Below are positions 29,284 through 39,501 of a stretch of DNA of 64,000 nt, piece by piece. A program made the translations under genes and the position numbers. Positions within the stretch are counted from its first letter, which is position 1. Each line of letters begins with the position of its first letter. This stretch comes from an uncultured Spirochaetales bacterium (GTDB lineage Bacteria; Spirochaetota; Spirochaetia; CAYLLE01). Below the pieces are notes generated by a model. The model saw nothing but the letters and a program-made list of their open reading frames with translations, had not been told where the DNA came from and ran no database searches. The stretch covers positions 18,830 to 82,829 of the forward strand of contig CAZUAE010000006.1 of the NCBI GenBank assembly GCA_964618265.1. Reading direction: 5' to 3'.

Positions 29284-30891
29284 CTAGGTGTTTTCCACAT
29301 TTACTTTAGGTATCATATCATGTTCCTTAATGTGTTTATAGGATGATACTTTTTGATAATCATTCGCCGGAAGCATGGCGGTTGTTTTCTTGGTGATTTT
29401 GAAAAAGTGGTATCCCTGGATAGCAAATGTTACAATTCTTACGATATTTTCCCGGTCGAAAAGCAATGCCTTTATAAGGTATCTAAGGTAGTGGATTCCA
29501 TATTTTGAAAATGATTGAAGGATAAGAGAGCTGAAAAAGCCTTTTAATTCTCTGAGATGTATTCCATTATTAGAGGAGCGATTATTCTGAATCAGCCCTT
29601 TTTTTCTTCCGTCTCGGTACCTTTTAAGAACGGCAAAGCATCGTTTAAAATATATTTTGGGAGAGTAGACTTCCGATAAAACTCTTCTATATCCATCCAG
29701 TAAAATTTCTTTAGGAAGTTTTGTATGAAAGTTAAGTTCAACTTCGTGGGTGTTGTTACCGTTACTTTCCGAAATAATCCGTCCTTCCTCTTGAAGCCGA
29801 TTGTATAATCGGGTATTAGGAAGGGCCATAAGGAGACCGATCATGGCAGTAGGAATTGCCAATTCTTCGATAAATTCAATTTGCCGATCAAAGATAGTCT
29901 CGTCATCGGAATCAAAACCAATAATGAACCCCCCCGTTACTTCTATACCCCGCTCTTGGATTTTTCTTACACTTTCAGAAACACTGCGTTTCATGTTTTG
30001 AACTTTTCCCGTCTCACAAAGTGATTCATCGTTCGGTGTCTCTAATCCGACAAAGGTCATATAAAACTGAGCCTTGGACATTAGATCCAATAGTTCCTCA
30101 TCATCCGCGAGATCTATACTTGTCTCCGTACAGAACCGAAATGGAAAACCGTTCTTCTCCTGCCATAATATAATTTCCCGTAAAAGTTGCTTTACCTTCC
30201 TCTTATTTCCGATAAAGTTATCATCCACAATAAAAATGGTCCCTTTAAAACCCACAGCGAGGGCACTCTCCAATTCCGAGGTGAATTGCTCCGGTGTTTT
30301 TGTCCTGGGCTTATGTCCAAACAGATGAACGATATCGCAAAACTCACAATTGAAGGGGCATCCCCTGGAATACTGGAGGGGAAGGGTATCGTAATATTTC
30401 AGCCGGATAAGATCGAAACGGGGAATCGGGGTTTTTGTTATATCCGGTTTTTCCCGGCTTGAATAGACTTTTTCCGGTTTTCCTGTTTCCCAATCGGCGA
30501 TGAAACTTGGCATAGTTACCTCACCTTCATTGAGAACAAAGTAATCGACTCCCCTTATGTCTTTCCAGCATGAAGTGGCATAAGGTCCGCCGAGGGCGAT
30601 CGGTTTTTCTAATCGATTACCGTCGCTTATCACCTTTTCCATGGATTCCCGCTGCACCGTCATAGCTGAGATCATAATTAAGTCGGATTCCAGGATGTCT
30701 TCGTCATGTATCTCTTCAACATTCATGTCTATCAGTTTGCATTCATAATGTTCCGGAAGCAGTGCTGCTACAGTTGCAAGTCCTAAGGGGGGCATCAATG
30801 CTTTCTTTCCCACAAAGGAGAGTGCGCTTTTAAAAGACCAGTAGGTTTCCGGAAATTCAGGATATACTAAAAGGACGTGTTGCTTTTTCAT
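29284..30891 (-). CDS. B12-binding radical SAM enzyme with C-terminal DUF4070-type domain
   Basis: N-terminal cobalamin-binding Rossmann-like domain, a CPFNCEFC (CxxxCxxC) radical SAM cluster motif, and a conserved C-terminal extension typical of the B12-rSAM/DUF4070 group. Confidence 0.85.
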   Translation of the reverse strand: MKKQHVLLVYPEFPETYWSFKSALSFVGKKALMPPLGLATVAALLPEHYECKLIDMNVEEIHDEDILESDLIMISAMTVQRESMEKVISDGNRLEKPIALGGPYATSCWKDIRGVDYFVLNEGEVTMPSFIADWETGKPEKVYSSREKPDITKTPIPRFDLIRLKYYDTLPLQYSRGCPFNCEFCDIVHLFGHKPRTKTPEQFTSELESALAVGFKGTIFIVDDNFIGNKRKVKQLLREIILWQEKNGFPFRFCTETSIDLADDEELLDLMSKAQFYMTFVGLETPNDESLCETGKVQNMKRSVSESVRKIQERGIEVTGGFIIGFDSDDETIFDRQIEFIEELAIPTAMIGLLMALPNTRLYNRLQEEGRIISESNGNNTHEVELNFHTKLPKEILLDGYRRVLSEVYSPKIYFKRCFAVLKRYRDGRKKGLIQNNRSSNNGIHLRELKGFFSSLILQSFSKYGIHYLRYLIKALLFDRENIVRIVTFAIQGYHFFKITKKTTAMLPANDYQKVSSYKHIKEHDMIPKVNVENT

Positions 30892-30966
30892 GTTTGTTCC
30901 TCTTTTTATGATTCGTTTCTAGATTAGACGGGAAACTAATGTTTTGGTTGCAAATTAATCATAAAA

Positions 30967-32388
30967 TTAAAGAAGGCAAACTATATTTAAAGACTCAGAA
31001 GCATCTTCATAACGTATAAAAGGATCGGAAATCTGACCATTTACGAAAAACTCCGGTTCTGAGGTGATGTTATCCGCGGCGCGCCTTTTTATTGTTACGG
31101 AAATGCTCTTTCCCCGTATGTGAATCCCTTCAATGTAAAGTTCATTCAGAAATCCGGGGAGAAACGGCTGGAAAGCAATTCCCGGTGGGGTTAAATCAAT
31201 GCCGCAGACACCAAATAGTATTGTCCCGATAAAACCGGTGGCGCACCAGCTTTGACGGGAACACGATTTCCACTTGGTGTATTCCTGCTCTCCGGCATAA
31301 CGAATACCTTGGGTAGGATGGTACAGCTCTAAAAACTGTTCATCCCTGCTGGCGTGTTCCGCCATCAGTTTTAGTTCCTTCGAAAGATGACCGTAGGCGC
31401 CGTGAGAGGCTGCGGCGATGGCCCAGGCTGCCTGGCCATGAGGCCAAACAGTCCCGGAATGCCTGCCGTAGGTGTCCTTCTCTTTATTGCGGTAACGGGG
31501 AAACGAGGGCCATACGCAGGGGATTCCGTGGGGAGTTATATAGGTGTTTTTGATGAGAGATACGGCTTTATCCTCCGGAACGATTCCGGTAAGAAGGGCA
31601 AATGCATGACCAAGACACTCCTGGTAGTCGCAAAATCCTTCATCGTCGGTCAGGTATCCGTACCGGCCCAGTTCTTCGGACCAGAATGATCCATGAATTG
31701 TATCGCGAAGCCGGGTACTCATAGTATTCCAGTGCTCCTCCGGCTTTTTACCCAGTTCCCTTTCCATCTTTTGAATATTCTGGTATGCACCGTAATAGAG
31801 ACAGTTAGTGGAGAGGGCTTTCATAGGTATCCCGACACCCTTAGGATGACGTTTTTCCGGATTGAAATTAGGCCAATCCAGAATGCAGGAGGAGGTGCCG
31901 TTATTCGTGTATTTTGCTGGATATGCGGAAATGCCATCGCCCAGAAGAGCCGGACCCCGGAAAAGCCCATCAGTGTCGTATTCCTCCCGTTCCCTCTGCA
32001 GGAGGGTATTAGCTGAAGCTTCCCGGGCTGTTTTAAGAAAATCCTTTTTACCGGTGATAAGGTAATGCCGCCAGGCACCCGTTACCCAAATGACCGCATC
32101 CCAATACTGACCGCCGATTACTAAACCCCCCTCTTCCCGGGAAAGCACCGAGAGGAGGGTAGCTTCCGCTACTTCCGGAAGGTATAAGGATAGACCAAAG
32201 AAGGAATGGAAAGAAGCGTCGCGGGTCCAGGGTTTGTCGTAATCTAAGCCGGCAAGGAGTACCGGGGATTCTGGATCCAGAAAAGGTGTCGAACCTTTTC
32301 GCTTTTGGATGTTCCCCATTATGTCACCCGCGGCAATCCGGAATGCCCGGTCTACCGTTATATTTCCGGTATAAAGGGAGGGGATCAT
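30967..32388 (-). CDS. Putative (alpha/alpha)6-barrel glycoside hydrolase
   Basis: 473 aa. Motifs resemble six-hairpin glycosidases. The family is not resolved by eye. Confidence 0.5.
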   Translation of the reverse strand: MIPSLYTGNITVDRAFRIAAGDIMGNIQKRKGSTPFLDPESPVLLAGLDYDKPWTRDASFHSFFGLSLYLPEVAEATLLSVLSREEGGLVIGGQYWDAVIWVTGAWRHYLITGKKDFLKTAREASANTLLQREREEYDTDGLFRGPALLGDGISAYPAKYTNNGTSSCILDWPNFNPEKRHPKGVGIPMKALSTNCLYYGAYQNIQKMERELGKKPEEHWNTMSTRLRDTIHGSFWSEELGRYGYLTDDEGFCDYQECLGHAFALLTGIVPEDKAVSLIKNTYITPHGIPCVWPSFPRYRNKEKDTYGRHSGTVWPHGQAAWAIAAASHGAYGHLSKELKLMAEHASRDEQFLELYHPTQGIRYAGEQEYTKWKSCSRQSWCATGFIGTILFGVCGIDLTPPGIAFQPFLPGFLNELYIEGIHIRGKSISVTIKRRAADNITSEPEFFVNGQISDPFIRYEDASESLNIVCLL

Positions 32389-33713
32389 TATAGTTCCACA
32401 CTCTTGAATTGGGGAAGATGGGCTTCGTTCTTTTTGAACATAACCTGGGTCATTTCCTTAATTTCGTCAAGACTTAAGACCGCTTGAGTCAAGGGATCCA
32501 TGCATACGGCATGAAATACCTTTTTCGGATCTCCTTCTATGGCTCCTTCTACCGCCAACTCTTCGCACCGGGCGCTGGTGTTGTTAATTATTGCAAGGTG
32601 GTCAGGCAGCGGTCCCACATGTATCGATTCGATGCCTCGCTTGGAAGCCAATACCGGGACTTCCACGCAGCATCCTTCGGGGAGATTATCGATAAGGCCG
32701 TAATTCCGTACGTTTCCGTTGAATTTGTACATCTCTCCGCCGCCGAAAACGGCGTTGAATATGGAGGCAGCGTATTCATGACCCCGCTCCAGGTCTACTT
32801 CGTCCTCCTGAAGCCACTCTTCGATATCTTTTTTCCAGGTATCTTCCCGCGTTAGATATTTTTCCAGAATGTGACCGTAATGCCCCGGGTTCCAGCCGGT
32901 ACCGGCAGCACAGTACTTTTCGATTAGATCGGGACGCTTCCGGTACCAAGCGACATATTCCGAGTTGTGTCCGGAACTTTCGGTGACGTAGTAATCTAAG
33001 TGGATGAACATGTTGTTTCGGACCTGTTCTTCGTTGTAGATATCCGGGTTTTCCATTGCTTTCCGGATGAGAGGATATGCGTCTTCTCCGTTCCAGAGGT
33101 ACTGCAGATACCACGCCTGGTGATTGATTCCGGCACAGGTAAAGGTTATCTCTTCCGCGGGAGCTTCAATCCATTTCGCAAGCATTTTAGCAGTTCCCTG
33201 AACACTGTGGCAAAGACCTGTAAAGTTCAGATCCGTTTCACCCTGGACTCCTCTGCAGAGCATGGCCATGGGATTGGTATAATTTAGAACAACGGCATTT
33301 GGACACAGCTTTTCTATATCTTTAGCAATGTCCAGCATGACCGGCATAGTCCTCAATGCGCGAAAGATTCCCGCGGGTCCTCTCGTATCTCCCACGTTTA
33401 TATCTACACCGTACTCTTTCGGTATCTCGATGTCATATCTCCAGACATGTACACCACCTGCCAGAATTGTTATCAGTACACCGTCGGCGCCCTCCAGAGC
33501 TTGAGTCCGGTTTGTCGTGGCGGTAACTTTAGCGGGGTATTTACCGGCGGAGACGATCTTGTTACAGGCTTTTTCGCTTGCTTCAAGCCGTTCCGGATTT
33601 ATATCCATCAATGCGATTTCGGCGTCCTGAAAAGCAGGAAAGGTGAGAATATCCCGTACAAGCTTGCGGGTAAAACCAAAACTTCCTGCTCCGATAAAAG
33701 CGATTTTTTTCAT
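32388..33713 (-). CDS. Glycoside hydrolase family 4 (NAD+/Mn2+-dependent alpha-glucosidase/alpha-galactosidase)
   Basis: [11 protein letters not shown] Rossmann start, GH4 CHSV motif, 441 aa. Confidence 0.8.
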   Translation of the reverse strand: MKKIAFIGAGSFGFTRKLVRDILTFPAFQDAEIALMDINPERLEASEKACNKIVSAGKYPAKVTATTNRTQALEGADGVLITILAGGVHVWRYDIEIPKEYGVDINVGDTRGPAGIFRALRTMPVMLDIAKDIEKLCPNAVVLNYTNPMAMLCRGVQGETDLNFTGLCHSVQGTAKMLAKWIEAPAEEITFTCAGINHQAWYLQYLWNGEDAYPLIRKAMENPDIYNEEQVRNNMFIHLDYYVTESSGHNSEYVAWYRKRPDLIEKYCAAGTGWNPGHYGHILEKYLTREDTWKKDIEEWLQEDEVDLERGHEYAASIFNAVFGGGEMYKFNGNVRNYGLIDNLPEGCCVEVPVLASKRGIESIHVGPLPDHLAIINNTSARCEELAVEGAIEGDPKKVFHAVCMDPLTQAVLSLDEIKEMTQVMFKKNEAHLPQFKSVEL

Positions 33714-33777
33714 AATATTTCTCCAGTATTTTCGGCTATTTTACGGTAATGTCACCTGTATGACAATGGGAAATTCA

Positions 33778-33845
33778 CAATTCTAAATGTACAATTTAGA
33801 ATTGCCTTTTTTACTAATGTAAAGCTTGGAAATTGTATTACTCTT
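33778..33845 (+). repeat. Copy 3 (partial) of the structured repeat
   Basis: AATTCTAAAT-gtaca-ATTTAGAATTGCCTTTTTTACTAATG...GGAAATTGTATTACTC matches the first ~65 bp of copy 1. Lies in the divergent promoter region between the GH4 and sulfatase genes. Confidence 0.7.
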
Positions 33846-33890
33846 GATACAATTTATCAAATGCTGTTACCATATGATTGGAGGAAAAAA

Positions 33891-35267
33891 ATGAGGCAAT
33901 CACAGGATAAACCGAATATCATTCTTATCAATTGCGACGATTTAGGTTATGGAGATATTGGCTGTTACGGATCAAAGGTGAATCGCACCCCCCATCTGGA
34001 CCGCATGGCTAAGGAGGGTGTTCGGTTTACAGATTTCTATATGGCTGCGCCGGTCTGCACTCCCTCCCGGGGGGCCATGCTGACAGGATGCTATCCTAGG
34101 CGTATCGGTTTTGATCTTTTCGATGGTGCCGGTGTACTTTTCCCGGGACATGGATGCGGTCTAAATCCGGAAGAGAAAACAATCGCATCTCTTCTAAAAG
34201 AGCAGGGATATGCCACAAAACTGGTGGGTAAATGGCACTGCGGAGACCAGCCGGAATTTCTGCCCGCGCGGCACGGCTTCGATTCCTACTACGGTCTCCC
34301 CTACAGTAATGACATGGGAATTCAAAGAGGACTGGAGGACCGGGGTCATCCCCCCTTGCCTCTTATCAGAGACGAAGAGGTGATCCAGGAACAGCCGGAC
34401 CAATCCTCCCTTACAGAGCGATACGCGGAAGAAGCGGTCCAATTTATCAGAGAAAAACAGGAGACGCCTTTTTTCCTCTATTTCGCGCATATGTATGTGC
34501 ATCTGCCGATTTTTGTCCCGGGTAATTTTCTTGCCGCTTCGCAAAACGGCTCTTACGGCGCAGCTGTGGAACACGTGGACTGGAGCGTTGGGCTACTTCT
34601 GCATGAGATCTCCCGTCTCGGCTTAGATGATAACACCATTGTTATTTTTACTTCCGATAACGGTTCCAAAGCTATTTTGGGAGGAAGCAACAACCCTCTT
34701 CGGGGAGGAAAGGGCTCAACATGGGAAGGGGGTATGAGACTTCCCTGTATTGTCCGCTGGCCCGGAACGGTTCCGTCCGGTAAAGAAAGCCGGGAACTGG
34801 TCACATCCATGGATCTCTACCCGACCTTAGCGAATCTGGCGGGCGCGGAAGTTCCTCAAGACAGGGTAATAGACGGAAAAGACATTTTCCCCCTTATGAC
34901 AGGTGATGAATGGACCGCGTCGCCTCACGAAGCTTTTTACTATTATTCCAGAGATAAGCTCGAAGCGGTCCGTTCCGGTAATTGGAAGCTTCATGTCTAC
35001 AGAAACGGAGATCCGGTGGAAGAGCTTTACAACTTGGAAACTGATATCGGTGAGACAACTGATGTCTCTTCCTCAAATCCCGAAAAAGTCACCGAATTAA
35101 AAAAGCTCTGCGATAAGATCAGAATTGACATTGGAGACGGTGCAACGGGTGTGGAAGGGGAAAACCGGAGACCCCAGGGAAGGGTTTCTAATCCTAAAAA
35201 ACTTACAGAATACGACCCTCATCATCCTTACATGGTAGCCATGTACGATACTGATGAATGGGGCTGA
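33891..35267 (+). CDS. Arylsulfatase-family sulfatase (formylglycine-dependent)
   Basis: CTPSRGAMLTG formylglycine motif and sulfatase N-terminus. Start set at MRQSQDK (33891) after GGAGG. The ORF-track start at 33861 lacks SD. Confidence 0.85.
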   Translation: MRQSQDKPNIILINCDDLGYGDIGCYGSKVNRTPHLDRMAKEGVRFTDFYMAAPVCTPSRGAMLTGCYPRRIGFDLFDGAGVLFPGHGCGLNPEEKTIASLLKEQGYATKLVGKWHCGDQPEFLPARHGFDSYYGLPYSNDMGIQRGLEDRGHPPLPLIRDEEVIQEQPDQSSLTERYAEEAVQFIREKQETPFFLYFAHMYVHLPIFVPGNFLAASQNGSYGAAVEHVDWSVGLLLHEISRLGLDDNTIVIFTSDNGSKAILGGSNNPLRGGKGSTWEGGMRLPCIVRWPGTVPSGKESRELVTSMDLYPTLANLAGAEVPQDRVIDGKDIFPLMTGDEWTASPHEAFYYYSRDKLEAVRSGNWKLHVYRNGDPVEELYNLETDIGETTDVSSSNPEKVTELKKLCDKIRIDIGDGATGVEGENRRPQGRVSNPKKLTEYDPHHPYMVAMYDTDEWG

Positions 35268-35270
35268 TTT

Positions 35271-36437
35271 TTAACTTTTTTTCCAGGGAATTTCCCGGTT
35301 CATAGATTCTATCTGCCATGCTACCTCTTTATTTATCCTCCCGATATTTAAGGAGAATAGTTTTTGCATGGCGGGATCGAAAAACCGGTGATAACTGGAA
35401 GTGGTAACTGCCTGGAATCCGCGACGCAGTTTGTGGGGGCTGCCGGCACCGGGATCGAACTCAGTTACGCCCCGGTCTATTGCCCATTCGATGGGAGCAT
35501 AATAACAGGTGTTAAAGTGCAGATCTTTATAATACTCCCGGGTCCCCCAGTAGCGTCCCCACATGACGGAATCTTTTACCACCAGAAAGGAGAGAGCCGC
35601 CGGATTCGGATCTTCAGCATGAAAAGCAGCTTCCAGGAGAATCCGTCCGCGAAAGGAATCATAAAGTCCTGTAAAGAACTCCCGGTTTAAGTATTTTGCG
35701 GCCCAAATACCAAACTGATCATTCGTCTTTTCGTAATAATCGTACAGTATGGAAAAATAGTATTCCGGAATGTCATCAGCAAAGAGAGGTTTTAAGTTGA
35801 TTTTCCGGTCATTCATGCTGCGGAGTTCTCTGCGGATATTTCTCCGCTGATTTTTATTAAAGGCAGAGAGATACGCATCGAAGGAAGAATAACCCGGGTT
35901 TTTCCAGAGATAGCTTTGGTGCCGCCACTCCTGATAACTGCTTCCGGGTATGTTTATATCCCATGCCGGATCGGTAAACAGGAGATGGAGTCCCTCTATA
36001 CCTTGAGATTTGCAGAATTTTTCGGTGATGGAGATGAGCAATCTAGTGATTTCAGCTTGAGAATATTTTGGGGAGATAAGAAAACGGTAACGGCCTGAAG
36101 GTGTTGCGGGAATTGTACCCACCATTTTGGGAAAGTATTGAAGACCCAGCTCCGCCGCCGCATCAGCCCATCCCCAGTCCCATAGGAATTCTCCAGTGCT
36201 GCTTCCCTTCACATAAAGAGGAGCAGCCGCAGCTAACTCATCTCTATCCCACAAGGTAAGATGGAAAGGGAGCCAACCCGTATTGGGAGATACACTCCCG
36301 GAGACTTCCAGCTGGTTGAGCCAGCCCCATTCTAAAAAGGGAGAAACCTCTTTTCCCGCTAGAGCGTCCCATTTTGCCTGAGGTATTTCCCCGACGCTTT
36401 CAACCCATCGCAGGTCGAGGTTACTCCTGTCAATCAT
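35271..36437 (-). CDS. FemAB-like/GNAT-fold protein (DUF482-type family)
   Basis: 388 aa with the conserved N-terminal pattern W..L....SPFLEWGWL..LE.SG of this family. Confidence 0.5.
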   Translation of the reverse strand: MIDRSNLDLRWVESVGEIPQAKWDALAGKEVSPFLEWGWLNQLEVSGSVSPNTGWLPFHLTLWDRDELAAAAPLYVKGSSTGEFLWDWGWADAAAELGLQYFPKMVGTIPATPSGRYRFLISPKYSQAEITRLLISITEKFCKSQGIEGLHLLFTDPAWDINIPGSSYQEWRHQSYLWKNPGYSSFDAYLSAFNKNQRRNIRRELRSMNDRKINLKPLFADDIPEYYFSILYDYYEKTNDQFGIWAAKYLNREFFTGLYDSFRGRILLEAAFHAEDPNPAALSFLVVKDSVMWGRYWGTREYYKDLHFNTCYYAPIEWAIDRGVTEFDPGAGSPHKLRRGFQAVTTSSYHRFFDPAMQKLFSLNIGRINKEVAWQIESMNREIPWKKS

Positions 36438-36957
36438 GCACCTCGTCTGGACCTGTTTCTGCCAATATATAAAGAAAATCGGAAAGCCGGTTAAGATAGA
36501 TAGTAAGGAAAGCTGAAATTTCTGCCCTGACGGATCTGAGTGCCCGGATTACAGAACGCTCCGCTCTTCTGCATACTGCTCTGGATAGATGCAGATTTGC
36601 TTGACGGACATCTTTTCCGGGAAATACAAACTTTCCCGAAAGGGAGGAATGTTGTTTTGTCTTCTCCATCAAAATTTCGATCCTGGACACTTTTTCGGAA
36701 CCGAAGGAACCTTTAGCTCCTGAGAGCAGCGCGCTGATTGTCCCTAAGTCTTTTTGGATATCTTCCAACAGAGTGTTCTCCCGGGATGCTGCGTTTGCCC
36801 TGCACACTCCTAATACCGAAGTTAGTTCATCCAGATCACCGAGAGCATCGAAAATAGGATTGTCCTTAGGAAACCTCTCACCTCCGAACAGACCGGAGGT
36901 CCCGTCATCACCCCTGCGAGTTGACAATTTAAGCTGACTTTTCCTTTGCTCCGTCAT
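36430..36957 (-). CDS. ATP:cob(I)alamin adenosyltransferase, PduO type
   Basis: TRRGDDGTSGLFGGERFPKD...LGDLDELTS is the canonical PduO/MMAB N-terminal motif. 8-bp overlap with the downstream gene. Confidence 0.8.
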   Translation of the reverse strand: MTEQRKSQLKLSTRRGDDGTSGLFGGERFPKDNPIFDALGDLDELTSVLGVCRANAASRENTLLEDIQKDLGTISALLSGAKGSFGSEKVSRIEILMEKTKQHSSLSGKFVFPGKDVRQANLHLSRAVCRRAERSVIRALRSVRAEISAFLTIYLNRLSDFLYILAETGPDEVHD

Positions 36958-36979
36958 ACTGAACAGGTCCTCTTACGAT

Positions 36980-37738
36980 CTATTTTACCGCGAGCGGGAT
37001 AAAAACGGTATGGGTGGTTCCGTTAGTGCGGGTGTGCGACCACGTGCCTTTGAGTTCACCTTCGACAATAGTTTTTACCAATCCGAGTCCGATCCCGTCC
37101 TCCTTGTTTTCATGAAGCTTCATTCCCTTTCCATTATCGGAAATGATTATACTCAGGTTGTTGTCAATTATCCTGACAGTTATTGCCACTGTGCCTTTTT
37201 CATCATCAGTAAAGGCATGCTCTAATGCGTTAGTCACTAATTCGTTTATTGCCAGTAAAATGAGTACCGCGTCGGAGTTTTTTATCTGAGTTTCCGATTG
37301 GGGAATCTCAGCGGTAAAATTATGCCTTCCTGCTATATTATGTTTAATGGAATCTAAAAAACTATACATATAATTTTCGATGCCGACCTTACCCGGCATA
37401 TCGATCTGACCCAAAATTGATTGAGTTTGAATGATTGCCTGTATCCGCCCGATGTTGCTTTCCAGAATCTCTTTGACTTCCCGGTTTTTGGAGACCATAC
37501 TTTTCATCTGAAGCATACTGGTGAGAAGCTGAAGATTGTTGTTTACCCGATGCCGGAATTCTTTAAAAAACAGTTTTGTTCGCTTGAGTTCCTGCTTAAG
37601 GGAATCCTCCCGCTTCAAAGCTTCCGTTAATTGCCTCATGGAGTCTTCCGCGGTTAAATCAGTTTTAATTATGTTATCAGGCATATTACCCACCTTTTCT
37701 TTTGGTAGGAAAGCCGATGGCTCGTTTTTTTTCTGCAT
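36980..37738 (-). CDS. Cytoplasmic sensor histidine kinase, HisKA_2/HWE type
   Basis: H-box EFRHRVNNNLQ plus HATPase N-box (NELVTNALEHAF) and G-box (SDNGKGM). The start may be the internal MPDNIIK ATG. Confidence 0.7.
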   Translation of the reverse strand: MQKKNEPSAFLPKEKVGNMPDNIIKTDLTAEDSMRQLTEALKREDSLKQELKRTKLFFKEFRHRVNNNLQLLTSMLQMKSMVSKNREVKEILESNIGRIQAIIQTQSILGQIDMPGKVGIENYMYSFLDSIKHNIAGRHNFTAEIPQSETQIKNSDAVLILLAINELVTNALEHAFTDDEKGTVAITVRIIDNNLSIIISDNGKGMKLHENKEDGIGLGLVKTIVEGELKGTWSHTRTNGTTHTVFIPLAVK

Positions 37739-37790
37739 TTTTTTCTGTCCAAAAAACTTCCTTTTCTTCTTTGATTATACTCCCAACTTA

Positions 37791-37818
37791 ACCTAAATGA
37801 ATAAAATGAGAATACCTC
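37791..37818 (+). repeat. Copy 5 (terminal fragment) of the structured repeat
   Basis: CCTAAATGAATAAAATGAGAATACCTC compared with the consensus CCTAAAGGTATAAAATGAGAATTCCTC. Confidence 0.5.
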
Positions 37819-38003
37819 ACCTATTGTCATCTTTTTCCGTTAAAACTATTATGTTCATAACATGGGGTACTTCAAGATAGGAAAACGTATAGATATTATA
37901 CACCATTTTAAAGGAGAAGGCAAACAGGAAAAACTGGAGCAGGGATACTCCAGCATCTGCATGAGTGAAGAGAGTGAAGAGTAGTATCAAGCCTGTGTCC
38001 ATG

Positions 38004-38300
38004 CATTATGTTAAAGGAGAGGCCGTGAATTTACTAGTTGTTGACGATGAGCGGGAAATTAGAGAGGGAATACGGGATACTATTCCATGAAAGATTACGG
38101 GATCGAGATGTGTGTAACCGCAAGGAGTTCAGCGGGAGCTGTTGAGGTGATGCAGGAAATTAAACCTGATATCATCATTTTGGATAAGATAGTTGTTGTT
38201 CAGCAGTTAAAATTAGACTGCCGGGGAGAAGACCTGGAGCGTAGATGTTTGGAAGTGCTTCATTTAGAATTGGTAAAAGAATTGGAAGAATTCCTTAAAA
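38004..38300 (+). pseudogene. Fragment of a YesN-like response regulator (frameshifted, C-terminal part lost)
   Basis: MHYVKGEAVNLLVVDDEREIREGIRDTIP* (38004..38090). The REC continues in the +2 frame as KDYGIEMCVTARSSAGAVEVMQEIKPDIIILD, then degenerates. Confidence 0.6.
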
Positions 38301-38315
38301 ACTTTTTTTTCAGAG

Positions 38316-39478
38316 TTATGGAAGAGCTCCGTATCCGCCGGGAGCGGCACAACTCCTTTTTAATAGTTCCAGTTTTTCCAGATCCATCCCTGAGCCGGTA
38401 TCTTCTAGTATAAAAAGCATCTCATTTTTTTCCGCTGCTGCATTAATACTGATTTGTCCCATCCCTTCTCCTATTCCATGAAGCACAGCGTTTTCAACAA
38501 CCGGTTGAAGAATCAGGTTAAGGATCCGCATTTCCTGTATTTTTCCCGGAACATTGATCCGAAAGGTGAATCTTCCAGCATACCGATGGGCCTGTTTACA
38601 CCTTTTATGAGAATTCTGGAAATAAGTATGATGATGAAGATCGATATACCTATAATTGCACCGGCAAATATGGATAGAAAAAGCCGCTGCTCCCGAAGAA
38701 GCTCGTGAATAGGTATAAGGGCTATAAGAGAAAACTGATTCTCTTCGTTTTCCGATTGGATAAGCAGATAATCCTTTGAAAATCTTTCTCCCATTACTTT
38801 ACGTTTCTCCGGATCTTCTGGGAGATTATGACCCAGATCTTCCGGGTTTTCCGAAGCAACAATTATTCTTTGAGGATCTAATAAAAAGAGATGAGTCCCT
38901 GCGTAAATCCTGATTCTATCTATGATGTCATAAATAGAACGTTCTGAAAAATTGATACTTAAGTAGACCTTAACGGGAAGATCCCGGTTTATGATGTCTA
39001 ATCTGCTCATTAGAGAGATGTAATTTTTTTCTTTAAGGTTTTTGTCATAGAAATGCCCTACCCAACAGTAAGCCTCATCCAAGTTCTCGACAAATTGGAC
39101 CCAATCATTTGGGGGAAAATAACCATACGTAAATATATCAGGATCGGAGGTGATCATAAGGGTTTTGCCGGGTATGTAGAGATAAATTGAGTCTATTTTC
39201 GAATTCAGCTCAGCCTGATACATCAGCTCCAGGCCAAAGTCATTTATTTTTTTTACCTGTTCGTATGATCCGGTGCAGGTATTGCCGTAATTTTTAGTGA
39301 TGCCGATCAACTCTTCGTTGGTGGAGAGGAGCTGGGTTAGTTCCCTTACCTGCTGAAACAAGAAGGACAGATAATAATTGGTAAGTTCTACTCCGTTTTG
39401 GGTCGAATCGATTGCTTTAGACGTGATCATGCCGAAGGTGATGCTGTAACCGATGATAGTTATTGCGATAAAGGTCAA
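38316..39478 (-). pseudogene. Truncated YesM-like sensor histidine kinase
   Basis: ORF 38513..39478 covers the TM-sensor-TM-HAMP start and stops. A second frame (38316..38531) holds only the HATPase N-box and G1 (LQPVVENAVLHGI, EDTGSGM). The His_kinase and G2 regions are missing. Confidence 0.6.
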
Positions 39479-39501
39479 AAAAAGAAAAAGAATGGGAACG
39501 A

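Noticed and set aside
38087-38413. 108-aa ORF read as an intact gene
   Set aside because: It is the out-of-frame continuation of the response-regulator REC fragment and then runs antisense through the kinase remnant. It is a pseudogene piece, not a gene.
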